NCBI GenBank assembly: GCA_050296515.1
Contig: JBNKRJ010000077.1
Span: 7,493-71,492, forward strand
DNA: 64,000 nucleotides
Reading direction: 5' to 3'
From: Bacteroidales bacterium
GTDB lineage: Bacteria; Bacteroidota; Bacteroidia; Bacteroidales; NBLH01
Shown: piece after piece, positions 50,212-61,302 of the stretch
How positions within the stretch are numbered: the stretch's first letter is position 1
Layout of the letters: each line of letters starts with the position of its first letter
Notes under the pieces: generated by a model
What the model was told of the DNA's origin: nothing
The model's input: the letters and a program-made list of their open reading frames with translations, nothing else
Databases searched by the model: none
Position numbers and translations under genes: made by a program

Positions 50212-50850
50212 ATGAATTTAAGATTTTATATAATCGGTTTGATTCTTTTATTTGCAGTTAATAATATTCATTCGCAAAATATTACATATACTAATGAAGA
50301 GGATATAATTCAACCAGCTGCAGAAAACAGTGCTGATTTTCTGCAAAACAATGAAGAAAAAAAAACACCCCGAATTAATTACAACGTTAATGTTGGAACA
50401 AGTGTGACTAGTAGTAAGTTTGGAAATACTGTGAGTTTGTATACAGCTCCAGAAATAAGATATAGATTGGCACCTAAACTCAGTATTTCGGCGGGTTTTT
50501 TAATAACAAACACAACAGTATCAGGATATTATGCTGCTGAAAAAGAAAAACAGAGCAACTTTACAAATACCTATCTGTATACGGGCATTGATTACTATGC
50601 TACCGAGAGATTAAGAATTAGTGGAGAAATTTTATATGGAATAAATCAACCAAAATATTCTGCTTTTGGCAATAATAATAGTTCTGACTATTATTTGAGA
50701 TTTAGTGCCGAGTATAAAATTACCAAAAGTCTTAGTGTTGGAGTACAAATAATTAATCAAAATATGGGATACCCAGGTTATAATGATCCATTTAATAGAG
50801 ATCCATTTAATAATTATTATAACCCTTATAATCCATTCTCAAGATTTTGA
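50212..50850 (+). CDS. Secreted / outer-membrane beta-strand-rich hypothetical protein
   Basis: Signal peptide, alternating beta pattern, promoter TATATTTG at 50179-50186. Confidence 0.65.
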   Translation: MNLRFYIIGLILLFAVNNIHSQNITYTNEEDIIQPAAENSADFLQNNEEKKTPRINYNVNVGTSVTSSKFGNTVSLYTAPEIRYRLAPKLSISAGFLITNTTVSGYYAAEKEKQSNFTNTYLYTGIDYYATERLRISGEILYGINQPKYSAFGNNNSSDYYLRFSAEYKITKSLSVGVQIINQNMGYPGYNDPFNRDPFNNYYNPYNPFSRF

Positions 50851-50852
50851 AA

Positions 50853-50886
50853 TAAAAAAAAAACTGCTTAAAGCAGTTTTTTTTTA
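50853..50886. terminator. Bidirectional terminator
   Basis: A-run-CTGCTT-A-AAGCAG-T-run. Confidence 0.8.
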
Positions 50887-50891
50887 TTTTT

Positions 50892-51311
50892 TTAGAAGAA
50901 ATCATCATCATCATCGTCTTCATCACTCATCCCGGTTTTTTCGTATTCAACCATTTCAAACTTCACTTTTACAAGATGAGTAAATCTTATTCCTAATGCA
51001 TGCATATCTTCATCAATTCTATCATAATGCCACCTAATCGTAACATTACTTTTCTCGTTTATTTTATCAATTAAAAAAATAAGCTCAAAAATTTGTTTTG
51101 ATGAAGCTGTATTCAAATATTCAATATTGAAATCGAAAACAGTAATTGGAAGAGGATTGTCTCTATATCTCTTCAGCCATTCCAAAACCGGAGCATAAAA
51201 CTCAATGGCATTTTCAGGCAATGATACATTGGAAATTTTGAATATGTTATTTTCCGGATCAAATATAATCTCCGGTGTATCTTCTGTAGCCGCTATTCTT
51301 AATGGATCCAT
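50892..51311 (-). CDS. siaC: SiaC-family (DUF1987) regulatory phosphoprotein
   Basis: TEDTPEI, SLPENAIEFYAPVLEW, EYLNTASSK, WHYD..DEDM. Confidence 0.88.
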   Translation of the reverse strand: MDPLRIAATEDTPEIIFDPENNIFKISNVSLPENAIEFYAPVLEWLKRYRDNPLPITVFDFNIEYLNTASSKQIFELIFLIDKINEKSNVTIRWHYDRIDEDMHALGIRFTHLVKVKFEMVEYEKTGMSDEDDDDDDFF

Positions 51312-51337
51312 TCGAAAAAGTAAATTTTACAATTATT

Positions 51338-52480
51338 TTATTTCAGTTTAATCGATGTTTGTAATGTGAAAAACGAAAAATCGTCGTTTACTTTAGTGAA
51401 ATCATATGCTATTTCTCTGTGCGTTTTTAAGCGCATATCAATAAAGCCTAACCCTGTTTTTTGAGGATCTATGGCACTTTGATCTAACAATATTTTATTA
51501 AAATACTCATTTAACTCATCTTCATTCAAACCATTTACCATATCAAGTCTTTCTCTAAAATCCTCAACCTTTGAGTTTTTAATAAAGTTACCTGATGTGA
51601 GAATAAATTCATCGCTTGTCTGGCCTAAATAAAATATTCCGGATGTGCCATCTGGATATTCTTCCATATTATCTCCATGCTTGCTTATATTTTGAAGCAT
51701 TTCGACCATAATATAATATACCTTCTTAGCTGGCCCACTTGTACTCATTTGCCCTTTAATAATTGACAAAAGGCTTAGAATATTATTTTGATTAAAATTT
51801 CCGTTAAAATTAAGCAGTATATCTCGCTTTGATAAAAGATGATTTAAACTTTTTATGCTTTTAATTGACTCATTATCCTCGCTTGTCACCTCCTCTGTAC
51901 CCATATCAAGTCTCGAAGGAATTTCTGTTTGAAGATAAAAATATGACCAATATAAATCAACATACTCAAAATCAAACAACAATTTGTTACCAGATCTTCT
52001 GGCCATTTCAATTAAGCCAAGGCCTGCACCTCCTTTATCTGATAATTCACCAGTACTCAGAATTTCTCTGTGTAACTTCTTAAGCTCCTCCCTATCAAGA
52101 CTATTTACTCTTTCTAATCTTTGCTTAAGAGAATCAACTTTGCTGTTAACGATTAAATTACCTGTTGTAATCAAGTACCTGCTACCTTGCTTTTGAATTG
52201 CAAAAATACCGGTATAATCATCAACATCTCCTGAAATAACTTCCTCCTGATGACGGGTGACATTTTGTAACCCTTCAACCATAATAAAGTAAATTCTATT
52301 CTGGAGAGATGATTTGTCAACTAGCTTTTGTAGATTACTTTCTGCTAAAGAAAGTATTTTACGGGTAAGATTCTGCGAAAAACTGCCCCGATAAATGTAT
52401 TCAAAATCCCCGTTTTCAACTCTTTTAAAGAGATCGTAGGTAATTTTTAAAGGCTTGCTTGTACTTCGTTTTCTTATCAT
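51338..52480 (-). CDS. siaB: SiaB-family protein kinase with two tandem SiaB domains
   Basis: IMVE.LQN..(R/K)H, (T/S)GN and GLG(L/F)I(E/D)M each occur twice. Confidence 0.85.
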   Translation of the reverse strand: MIRKRSTSKPLKITYDLFKRVENGDFEYIYRGSFSQNLTRKILSLAESNLQKLVDKSSLQNRIYFIMVEGLQNVTRHQEEVISGDVDDYTGIFAIQKQGSRYLITTGNLIVNSKVDSLKQRLERVNSLDREELKKLHREILSTGELSDKGGAGLGLIEMARRSGNKLLFDFEYVDLYWSYFYLQTEIPSRLDMGTEEVTSEDNESIKSIKSLNHLLSKRDILLNFNGNFNQNNILSLLSIIKGQMSTSGPAKKVYYIMVEMLQNISKHGDNMEEYPDGTSGIFYLGQTSDEFILTSGNFIKNSKVEDFRERLDMVNGLNEDELNEYFNKILLDQSAIDPQKTGLGFIDMRLKTHREIAYDFTKVNDDFSFFTLQTSIKLK

Positions 52481-52922
52481 AAGTCTGCTTGTTCAACTTT
52501 TACCGGTTTTATCGAAATAGACTTGCTACTCAAAATAAAACACCCCGTAAAATTGTGCCAAAGACTTAAATTATTGATCCTATTTTATTTTCATTAATTG
52601 CTTTGGTCTTGATTAACAAAAATAATAGATTTTTTTGAAATTCAAACCTTTTTTGACACTAATAAGATGTTTAAATAATATTACTTCCGAAAGCATAATG
52701 GAATTTCTAGCACATAAGTACTTAATTAACCAAATTATAGACTACTATCCGAACAAATAAAATCAATAAGCAACTGATTATCTGCTGGATAAAAATTAGA
52801 CAAAAAGAAAATAGTCAAATACTGTATAATCTCATAGTTTGGAATTTGATATTTTGTAGCTTTGCATAAATACTAATTACAAAGAAATTAAAGAATTGTC
52901 AAGCATTTAATTCAATAAACAA

Positions 52923-53450
52923 ATGGATAAAATAGCATTGCTTTATGCTCCCGCAAAAGGGAGAACAGAGAAAGTAGCCAAAATGATTTGTAAAAAAATA
53001 GGCAACGAAAAGTTTGATCTAATACTTATTGATGAACAAACGGAGCCTAAAGTATTAACAAATTATAAAAAAATAATATTCGGAATTTCAACTGTTGGAA
53101 GAGATAGTTGGGATGCAAACTATACAAAAATAGGTTGGGACCTCTTTTTGCCAAAACTTCAGGACTTTGATTTTTCTAAAAAAACTGTTGCAATTTTTGG
53201 CTTAGGTGATCATATCTTATATGCAAACAACTTTGTTGATTCAATGGGGTCATTGGCAAAAGTTGTGGAAGAAAATGGTGCAAATTTAATAGGCAAATGC
53301 AGCTCTGAAGGATATACTTTTTCAGAATCAGAAGCATTGGTTGGTAACACATTTTTAGGGCTACCCATTGATGAGGATAACGAAGAGGAACTAACTGAAG
53401 AGCGGCTTGCAAGCTGGTTAAAAAAGATATCCGAAGATTTTGGATTCTAA
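52923..53450 (+). CDS. Long-chain flavodoxin
   Basis: VAIFGLGD...Y..NFVD, GYTFSES, FLGLPIDEDN, TEERLASW. Confidence 0.88.
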   Translation: MDKIALLYAPAKGRTEKVAKMICKKIGNEKFDLILIDEQTEPKVLTNYKKIIFGISTVGRDSWDANYTKIGWDLFLPKLQDFDFSKKTVAIFGLGDHILYANNFVDSMGSLAKVVEENGANLIGKCSSEGYTFSESEALVGNTFLGLPIDEDNEEELTEERLASWLKKISEDFGF

Positions 53451-53754
53451 TTAACTTTTACGCATACTAATTCAGAAAATTTCCTTTACTTTGGGGCTTT
53501 GAATTTAATAATAGAGTTTGAAAACACACTATTTACTACAATAGCCTTAAAATTATTTGTTTCAACATTTTAAGGAATTATCAGAGCTATGATAATTTGT
53601 AACGCCCTGAATTATAAATCTTTCTCATTATTATTTGGGTTTTACGCAATTATGACAGTAGTAGTTGAAGTATTTAGCAGCCATCATTTTTTAGTGAAGA
53701 ACTTTATTATTAAGGATGTTAAATTGCTTATAGCTTAATTATTTATGCTTAACA

Positions 53755-54444
53755 ATGGATGAAACTTTTAGAAAAAAAATACTGTTATTATTTACTATTC
53801 TTTTAGTAGCAGGTTTAGTAAATGCACAAAAAAGAGCATCAATAGGCTTGAGCTTTGGTTCTGGCGTTTCAAGCTATTATTTTGTGACAGATATAAATAT
53901 CAATGCGGACTATATTGATAACGATTTTGTGCCGGTTTATGAAGGAGGATTGATTTTTAATTACCTAGATAAAAATGCTGGTATACAAATAGGCGTTAAA
54001 TACACTCAAAAAGGCTGGATAGAAAACTTCCAAAATGGAGCCTCTGCAAAATTGATGTTTGATTGTATTGAAGTACCTCTACTGACTCAAATTCGGTTTA
54101 GCAGATACAAAAGATCTGGCTGGGTACTGCTTTTTGGAACTTATGGAAACTATGTAATAGAAGAAAGTGACTCTTCTTTTTCGGAAGTAAAGCCTGACTA
54201 TACTATTGATACAGAATTTGTTAAATACAACGAATTATTGTATAACACCTTTGAGTTTGGTATAAAAGGAGGAGGTGGTTTTGAGTTTGGATTAGGAAAA
54301 AACAGCCTTCAATTACAGATACTATTTACACAGGGTTTTGTAAACCTTTTTGACTCTGAAAGAGAAGGTATTTATCGTTCTCTAAGTCAAAGTTTGATGG
54401 TAAGTGCTGTTTATAAATTTACTTTATTTAGAAGAGATCAATAG
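53755..54444 (+). CDS. Outer-membrane beta-barrel (porin-like) protein
   Basis: Signal peptide; YTQKGW, IEVPLLT, FGIKGGGG; typical neighbour of yggS. Confidence 0.7.
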   Translation: MDETFRKKILLLFTILLVAGLVNAQKRASIGLSFGSGVSSYYFVTDININADYIDNDFVPVYEGGLIFNYLDKNAGIQIGVKYTQKGWIENFQNGASAKLMFDCIEVPLLTQIRFSRYKRSGWVLLFGTYGNYVIEESDSSFSEVKPDYTIDTEFVKYNELLYNTFEFGIKGGGGFEFGLGKNSLQLQILFTQGFVNLFDSEREGIYRSLSQSLMVSAVYKFTLFRRDQ

Positions 54445-54457
54445 AAAGAAGTTGAGG

Positions 54458-55123
54458 ATGGACATAAAATCAAACATACTATCAATAAAAAGGAAACTGC
54501 CTGAACATGTAAAATTGGTTGCTGTTTCTAAAACAAAACCAAATGAGGATATTTTAAAGGCCTACAAAGCCGGACAGAAGATTTTTGGTGAAAACAAAGT
54601 ACAAGATCTATCAAAGAAGTATGAAGAATTGCCCAAAGACATTCAATGGCATTTTATAGGGCACTTGCAAACAAATAAAGTAAAATATGTTGCTCCATTT
54701 GTTTCATTAATACATGCAGTTGATAGTTTAAAGTTATTAAGCACAATTAGCAAAGAAGCAATTAAAAACAACAGAACTATTGATTATCTATTTCAACTAC
54801 ATATTGCTGATGAAGAATCGAAGTTTGGATTATCCTTCGAGGAACTAGAAAAAATAGTCTGTTCTGAAGAATTTAAGCAAATTCCTAATGTCAACCTAAG
54901 AGGTTTGATGGGAATGGCAACTTATACTGATGATATCGAACAAATAAAGCGTGAATTTGGTGGTTTAAAGGCGCATTTTGATGAAATAAAAAAAAAATAC
55001 TTTGCCGATAAATATGATTTTAACGAATTGTCAATGGGAATGTCTTCGGATTTTGAACTTGCTGTTGAACAAGGAAGCACAATGGTTAGAATCGGCAGTA
55101 CAATTTTTGGTGAAAGAAACTAA
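54458..55123 (+). CDS. yggS: PLP homeostasis protein YggS/PLPBP
   Basis: LVAVSKT, FGENKVQ, WHFIGHLQTNK, LSMGMS, VRIGSTIFG. Confidence 0.95.
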   Translation: MDIKSNILSIKRKLPEHVKLVAVSKTKPNEDILKAYKAGQKIFGENKVQDLSKKYEELPKDIQWHFIGHLQTNKVKYVAPFVSLIHAVDSLKLLSTISKEAIKNNRTIDYLFQLHIADEESKFGLSFEELEKIVCSEEFKQIPNVNLRGLMGMATYTDDIEQIKREFGGLKAHFDEIKKKYFADKYDFNELSMGMSSDFELAVEQGSTMVRIGSTIFGERN

Positions 55124-55247
55124 TAATCAAGTAATTGATAATATATTTAGAGTGAGTTTAAATTGATTGAATTACTTGGCGAAAACAGAAAAATATAATT
55201 ACTTTTGGTTCAAAATAATTTAACAAATATTTAAAAAATAATATAAA

Positions 55248-56225
55248 ATGGCTGATTTAAAAACAACCTACTTAGGCTTGAAATTAAAAAACCCTGTAAT
55301 AGTAAGTAGTTCCGGATTAACAAACAGTATTGATAAAATCAAGAAATTAGAGAAAAATGGTGCAGGGGCAATTGTTATTAAATCAGTCTTCGAAGAACAG
55401 ATTAATCATGAAACAAGCAGCTTGCTAAGGTATAACAATTACCCAGAAGCAGGGGATTATATTTTAAATTATGCCAAAAGCAATACTATTGAAAATTATC
55501 TTGAACTCGTAAAAGACGCAAAAGAGCAAGTGCAAATCCCTATAATAGTGAGTGTTAACTGTGTTTCAAGTGATGATTGGGTGGATTTTACTAAAACACT
55601 TGAAGAAGCTGGCGCTGATGCTGTTGAATTAAATATTCATATAGTAGTTGCTGACAAGGAACTTAAATCAGAGGATATTGAACAAAGATATTATGACATA
55701 TTAAAAGTGGTAAGAAAGAATACCAAAATTCCTATTGCAGTGAAAATTGGAAACCATTTTTCAAATCTCTCTAATTTTGTAAACAGACTTTATGCTCATG
55801 GGGCAAATGGTGTTGTTTTGTTCAACCGATTTTACGAACCAGATATCGATATCGAATCCATGCAATTTACTAGTTCTGAAGTGTTTAGCAAACCTTCAGA
55901 TATAAGACACTCGTTGCGTTGGGTAGGAATGCTTTCAGATTTGGTTGAAACTGTTGATATTTCAGCATCAACTGGGGTGCATGATTCCACTGCAGCCATT
56001 AAAATGCTCTTAGCTGGTGCCCAAACTGTTCAGGTTTGTTCTACACTATATAAAAATGGTGTTGAAGAATTAAATAAAATTGTAGGCGGCATTTCTGAAT
56101 GGATGGATAAAAAAGGCTATGAAAAAGTAGCAGACATTCGTGGATTAATGAGTTACAAAGAAATTCCAAATCCATCGGTTTATGAAAGAGCACAATTTAT
56201 GAAATATTTTTCTTCTGTAGAGTAA
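55248..56225 (+). CDS. Dihydroorotate dehydrogenase-like protein
   Basis: LKNPVIVSSS, KSVFEEQI, VLFNRFYEPDID, YERAQFMK. Confidence 0.88.
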   Translation: MADLKTTYLGLKLKNPVIVSSSGLTNSIDKIKKLEKNGAGAIVIKSVFEEQINHETSSLLRYNNYPEAGDYILNYAKSNTIENYLELVKDAKEQVQIPIIVSVNCVSSDDWVDFTKTLEEAGADAVELNIHIVVADKELKSEDIEQRYYDILKVVRKNTKIPIAVKIGNHFSNLSNFVNRLYAHGANGVVLFNRFYEPDIDIESMQFTSSEVFSKPSDIRHSLRWVGMLSDLVETVDISASTGVHDSTAAIKMLLAGAQTVQVCSTLYKNGVEELNKIVGGISEWMDKKGYEKVADIRGLMSYKEIPNPSVYERAQFMKYFSSVE

Positions 56226-56246
56226 TAAATATTTTAAGGATATTGG

Positions 56247-56273
56247 AAAGCTGCCGTTGTGCAGCTTTTTTTT
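56247..56273 (+). terminator. Rho-independent terminator
   Basis: AAAGCTGC-CGTTGT-GCAGCTTT followed by a T-run. Confidence 0.75.
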
Positions 56274-57444
56274 ATTCGTTAATTACACCTGAGCCAATTA
56301 ATTCATCACCGTTGTACCAGGCTGCGAACTGCCCTGCTGTAATGCCTCTTTGTTTTTCTTCAAAGATAATGTACAATCCATTTTCTTTCATGGTGAGTGC
56401 AGCCTTTTGCAAAGGTTGTCTATATCGGTGACGAACCAGGTAATTTCTTGTTTCTCCAGGTTTCATTTCCAAATCTGGCCTGATAGAATGAATTTCGTCC
56501 TTTGCAATAAACAGACCTCTACGATACAAGCCCGGATGGTCCTTTCCCTGCCCTACATAAATGATATTTTTTTCTATATCTGTACCAATTACAAAAAGTG
56601 GTAATGGTTTCCCTCCAATATTCAACCCTTTGCGTTGGCCAATCGTATAATAATGGGCTCCGTTGTGTTGTCCAACTTTCACACCATCGTGTTTGGTGTA
56701 ACTGAAAGGCTTAACCAACTCATCTACAGATGATTCATCTATTGAAATAGTTTCATAAAATGCCCTGTCTATTTCAACAACTCTCCCTTTTTTAGGTTCC
56801 AGTTTTTGTTGCAAAAATACTGGTAAATCTACCTTTCCAACAAAACATATTCCTTGAGAGTCTTTTTTATCTGCAGAAGCCAGCTTTAATTCCTTTGCAA
56901 TAGCCCTTACTTCTGGCTTTTTTATATCTCCAATTGGGAATAAAGCCTTTTCTAACTGTTTTTGAGACAATTGGCAAAGAAAGTAGCTTTGGTCTTTGTT
57001 GCCATCAACTCCTGCCAACAACCGGTGATATTCTAAGCCTCCTTTTTCAATAGTTTCTTTCCTGCAATAATGACCTGTTGCAACATATTCAGCACCCAAC
57101 TTTAAGGCTTCGTCAATAAAAACGTCAAATTTAATTTCCCTGTTACAAAGCACATCAGGATTTGGAGTTCTTCCTCTTTCGTATTCCGAAAACATGTAAT
57201 CAACGACTTTTTTTCGATATTGAACACTCAAATCTACCTGGTGAAAAGGGATTTCAAGTTTTTTAGCAACCAGCTTGGCAAACATCAAATCATTATCCCA
57301 CGGACAATCCCCTTCTAAAACTCCTGTCTTGTCATGCCAGTTTATCATAAATAAAGCCGTTACATCATGGCCCTGCTTTTTAAGCAAGTATGCAGCAACA
57401 CTTGAATCAACTCCGCCTGATAAACCTATAACTACTTTTGCCAT
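56272..57444 (-). CDS. mnmA: tRNA 2-thiouridine(34) synthase MnmA
   Basis: [41 protein letters not shown]. Confidence 0.97.
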   Translation of the reverse strand: MAKVVIGLSGGVDSSVAAYLLKKQGHDVTALFMINWHDKTGVLEGDCPWDNDLMFAKLVAKKLEIPFHQVDLSVQYRKKVVDYMFSEYERGRTPNPDVLCNREIKFDVFIDEALKLGAEYVATGHYCRKETIEKGGLEYHRLLAGVDGNKDQSYFLCQLSQKQLEKALFPIGDIKKPEVRAIAKELKLASADKKDSQGICFVGKVDLPVFLQQKLEPKKGRVVEIDRAFYETISIDESSVDELVKPFSYTKHDGVKVGQHNGAHYYTIGQRKGLNIGGKPLPLFVIGTDIEKNIIYVGQGKDHPGLYRRGLFIAKDEIHSIRPDLEMKPGETRNYLVRHRYRQPLQKAALTMKENGLYIIFEEKQRGITAGQFAAWYNGDELIGSGVINE

Positions 57445-57471
57445 AACTACTTAACCCTTTCTATAAAAACT

Positions 57472-57996
57472 CTAATCATTTTTCAATTCCTCAAGGATAT
57501 GAACCAGTTCAACAAATAAACTTTCTTTGTCGGTTTCCTTAAAACTTTCAATATTCGATTTCAATTCTACAATAATTGGCTTCAAAATAGAAGCATCCAT
57601 CTTTTCTTCAAAATTATCAATGATTGTAAATGCTTCGAACGCCACTCCGAAATCTCTCTTTGTAAATAACTCCACAAACAATCCAATATCAGCACTATAG
57701 TCAAGCCCTGATTGCCAGCATGTTGTCAGTATTTCTTTATGAATAGAATGATAATTATTATTTCTTAAAGCCTTAACAACTTCTGGTCGGCAATTCTTAT
57801 CCTTTAAATCATTTAATAAACTTATAATTGAAGATCGAATCTGCTCCGACTTACTTGTTGATAACAATTCAAACAAGAATGGTAAAATTCTTGGATCACC
57901 TGTATTTCTTAGCTGTTTAATCGTAAAAAGAACTTCATCAGTTTTAGTACTTTGAAGTTTTTTGGCAGCTATTTTGATAATCTTATCGTCTGTCAT
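57472..57996 (-). CDS. HEAT-repeat-like hypothetical protein
   Basis: All-helical 174 aa, CWQSGLDYS; promoter TACTTTTG at 58026-58019. Confidence 0.65.
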   Translation of the reverse strand: MTDDKIIKIAAKKLQSTKTDEVLFTIKQLRNTGDPRILPFLFELLSTSKSEQIRSSIISLLNDLKDKNCRPEVVKALRNNNYHSIHKEILTTCWQSGLDYSADIGLFVELFTKRDFGVAFEAFTIIDNFEEKMDASILKPIIVELKSNIESFKETDKESLFVELVHILEELKND

Positions 57997-58130
57997 TTAC
58001 AAAATATTTGTTAACTTGCAAAAGTAAAAATAAGTTTCAGATGCTAAAAAGAATAGGCTCTTGGGAAGGCTGTTTTTAACATCTAATAACAATTTTCATA
58101 AAACTAATACCATTAATAACTAAAAAACAC

Positions 58131-59012
58131 ATGAAACTTTACCTATCTGTTTATAAAGCATGTTTGTTAATTTTTATCCTTGCTTGTATTTCTTGCGGTG
58201 CTGAAAGTTCTGCTTCTGAGCATGAAACCATCGATGAAGTAAGCCAAAATTATGTGTTAACTTCAACTATTGAAGTTTTTAATTCATTACCATCCCCAGT
58301 AAAAACAGCTGAGTTAATTATAGGAACAGGTGTTCAATTTGACGAAAAAATTCTGAACCCTGCAAGAAATGCCCCTTATTATGAAACAAGTTATAGCATG
58401 GCTTTGAACCTTGGAGTTTATTGTGCTGATTTAAGTTACACCTCCTTTTATGAGCAGAAACAAATAACCACGGATTACCTTGGAGCTGTAAAATTGCTTG
58501 CTGATGGTCTTGGGATTACAGAGCTTTTAAAGAAAGAAGACTTAATTAAACTCGAAGAAAATATCTATAACAAAGATAGTATCAAGCAGTTAGTCCAGGA
58601 AATTTTCTTTTCTTCAGGAGAGTTCCTAAATGACAATAATCGTCCTGAAATAGCCTTGCTTGTTGAGGTTGGCGGATGGATTGAGGGATTGTATATTGCA
58701 ATGCAATTGGCAAAACAATCAGGACATATTAATAAAGAACTTGTTGACAGGGTTGCAGAACAAAGAAATTCACTCGTGCTGGTTATTGAATCCCTTGAGA
58801 ATTTTTCGAACATAAACTCAATTAATGAGGTTTTGCTCGATATGGAAAAACTTAAAACCATCTACGAAAAAATGTTAAGCCCTGAAAACGAGGAATATGA
58901 TTCAAATAAAACACTAAAACTCACAAAAAACTCAAGTGCTTACGTTACTCCTGAGATTTTCATGAGCTTATATCATCAGATAAATAATACACGTAATAGT
59001 TATACACAATAA
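58131..59012 (+). CDS. Hypothetical lipoprotein
   Basis: Lipobox ACISC; LPSP, ALNLGVYCADLSY, GGWIEGLYIA. Confidence 0.7.
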   Translation: MKLYLSVYKACLLIFILACISCGAESSASEHETIDEVSQNYVLTSTIEVFNSLPSPVKTAELIIGTGVQFDEKILNPARNAPYYETSYSMALNLGVYCADLSYTSFYEQKQITTDYLGAVKLLADGLGITELLKKEDLIKLEENIYNKDSIKQLVQEIFFSSGEFLNDNNRPEIALLVEVGGWIEGLYIAMQLAKQSGHINKELVDRVAEQRNSLVLVIESLENFSNINSINEVLLDMEKLKTIYEKMLSPENEEYDSNKTLKLTKNSSAYVTPEIFMSLYHQINNTRNSYTQ

Positions 59013-59076
59013 TCATTAAGCTCAACAAGTTAATTATTCCAAGAGAACAAATTTCTTTTACCTGAAAACAAGTTGT

Positions 59077-61290
59077 ATGAAATCAGTATTTCTTACCTTC
59101 TTGATTCTTCTTTCAAGCATCACAACAAACTTCTATCATGCTATAGGACAAGAAGATTCATTAAAAACTCGTCCCAAAATTGGTTTGGTATTAAGTGGTG
59201 GTGGGGCCAAAGGGCTAATGCATATCGGAGTCCTTAAATTAATAGAAAAGTACAATATACCTATTGATTATATTACAGGAACCAGTATGGGAAGCATCGT
59301 TGGGGCACTATATTCAATTGGTCACTCTGCTGATGAAATTGAGAAAATTGCAAAAAACCTGGATTGGGAAGAAGTTTTTGATGGTAGTACAAAACGACGA
59401 CTTATTTCAATTGAAGAAAAAGATGAAGAAGGAAAGTATGTTATTGAAGTGCCCGTAAAAAAAGGTATCCCAATAATTCCAACAGGGTTAATTTCAGGAC
59501 AAAAGCTTGAAATGGAGCTTGCAAAAGTAACATGGTCTGTGCATGATGTAAATGATTTCTCAAAGTTACCAATACCATTTGCCTGTATTGCAGCTGATAT
59601 TGAAACTGGTTCTGCTGTTGTACTGAACAAAGGATATCTTCCTGATGCAATCCGTGCGAGTATGGCTATACCTTCAGTATTTACTGCAGTTGAAATTGAT
59701 GGAAAATTGTTAGTTGATGGCGGTCTGGTTAGAAACTTTCCAGTTAGTGACGCTCGAAAAATGGGAGCTGATATCATTATAGGAGTCAATGTACAAGCTC
59801 CTCTTTATAAGAAGGATGAGTTAACTTCTATGCTTAAAATAATGGAACAGGCTGCAAGTTTTATTAACGATAAATCAACTAAAGAAGAAACAAAGCTTGT
59901 TGATATCCTAATAAAGCCAAATATCGAAGGTTATGATGCCAGCAGCTTTGATGCAGTTGATACTTTGATAGCAAGAGGAAAAGAAGCAGCACTGTTGCAA
60001 GAACAAAAGTTTATCGATTTAAAAAAAAGATTAGAAGCCTATCCTGATAGCTCAAAAAAGAAGCGGACACCTCCTATTTTATATTCAACTTTTATTAATA
60101 AAGTAAAGTATGAAGGCTTACAAAAAGTATCAAAAGCCACAGTTAAAAGTAAGCTGCAAATAAAAGACTCTAGCTGGGTTTCTTTAAAAGATATTGAAAA
60201 GGGCGTTGCAAAAATCTATGGTAGCAAATATTTCGAAAAAGTAAACTACCGAATTGAACAAAACGAAAAAGGAAGTACAGACCTGGTAATCAGAGTAGTA
60301 GAACAACCATTTACCATTTACAAGTTTGGGATAAACTATAACAATTATTTCAACGCATCCTTATTAGTAAATGGTACTTATAGAAATATTCTTGGAGAAG
60401 GGTCGCGGTTGTTATTATCAGCAAAATTAGGATCGTTGCCAGAGTTTATGGCCGATTATACAATTTTCACAAACTGGAAACCTAGCGTAGGGTTGAGATT
60501 AAACGCGCAATATTATAATGTAGACGAAGTTTACTATGACATCACTGATTCAGTAAATGTTGAAATCAGTAATAACTCATTTGTTGGCAAGGTAGGTTTT
60601 GCATCTTCAATAAGTAACTCAGTACTCTTTACTCTTGGAGGCAAGATATTTTATAGAACATTTAATTCAAAAAATGTAGACTTTTCATTTCCTATTCCTA
60701 AAAGCTCTGGTTTTGGTTTATTTAGTAATATAGTTATTGATACCTATGATCGAAATATATATCCCACAAAGGGTTTATTTATTAACATGAATGGCGAGTA
60801 CATATTTGGAGAACTTGACAAGATAGCCTATGATTTTACAACCAGCTATTGGAAATTCTTCCTTAATTACAATCAGTATCTATCTATTAGTAAAAAGTTA
60901 GTTTACAGGCAATTTGCGACAGGCGCAGTTACTTTAGCAGATAACTTATTCTTTAGCGAAAGATACTTTCTTGGGGGTGAATTAAATTATAAAAACTATA
61001 TTTTCCCTTTAACAGGATATCACTTTATGGAAATAATGGGTCATAATATTGCTTCTGCAGGTATGTCCTTAAGATACGAACCCTGGAGTGGTAAATTTAT
61101 TTTCCTGCAAGGTAATGCAGGAATAGCTGAAGATAGTTTAAAGGACTTTATACAACCATCAGAAATCTATTATGGAGGCTCTTTTGGTCTAGGTGTTAAA
61201 ACAATAATTGGTCCTATTGAATACCGAATCAGTACTAACAGTTTTAATCATAAAGTAGCTCACTGGATTAAAATAGGTTATAATTTTTAA
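59077..61290 (+). CDS. Patatin-like phospholipase with POTRA and beta-barrel (PlpD-like architecture)
   Basis: SGGGAKG, GTSMG, DGG; POTRA-like region; C-terminal IGYNF. Confidence 0.9.
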   Translation: MKSVFLTFLILLSSITTNFYHAIGQEDSLKTRPKIGLVLSGGGAKGLMHIGVLKLIEKYNIPIDYITGTSMGSIVGALYSIGHSADEIEKIAKNLDWEEVFDGSTKRRLISIEEKDEEGKYVIEVPVKKGIPIIPTGLISGQKLEMELAKVTWSVHDVNDFSKLPIPFACIAADIETGSAVVLNKGYLPDAIRASMAIPSVFTAVEIDGKLLVDGGLVRNFPVSDARKMGADIIIGVNVQAPLYKKDELTSMLKIMEQAASFINDKSTKEETKLVDILIKPNIEGYDASSFDAVDTLIARGKEAALLQEQKFIDLKKRLEAYPDSSKKKRTPPILYSTFINKVKYEGLQKVSKATVKSKLQIKDSSWVSLKDIEKGVAKIYGSKYFEKVNYRIEQNEKGSTDLVIRVVEQPFTIYKFGINYNNYFNASLLVNGTYRNILGEGSRLLLSAKLGSLPEFMADYTIFTNWKPSVGLRLNAQYYNVDEVYYDITDSVNVEISNNSFVGKVGFASSISNSVLFTLGGKIFYRTFNSKNVDFSFPIPKSSGFGLFSNIVIDTYDRNIYPTKGLFINMNGEYIFGELDKIAYDFTTSYWKFFLNYNQYLSISKKLVYRQFATGAVTLADNLFFSERYFLGGELNYKNYIFPLTGYHFMEIMGHNIASAGMSLRYEPWSGKFIFLQGNAGIAEDSLKDFIQPSEIYYGGSFGLGVKTIIGPIEYRISTNSFNHKVAHWIKIGYNF

Positions 61291-61302
61291 AGAAAATAGC
61301 AG

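Noticed and set aside
50902-50925. (TCA)n microsatellite
   Set aside because: Encodes the poly-Asp tail of SiaC; a triplet repeat cannot shift the frame.
53451-53754. About 49-codon ORF or ncRNA in the intergenic gap
   Set aside because: No motif, structure or translation signal to support it.
55248-56225. Missing catalytic Cys/Ser (ELNIHI) as a novelty
   Set aside because: Normal for the widespread DHOD-like subfamily.
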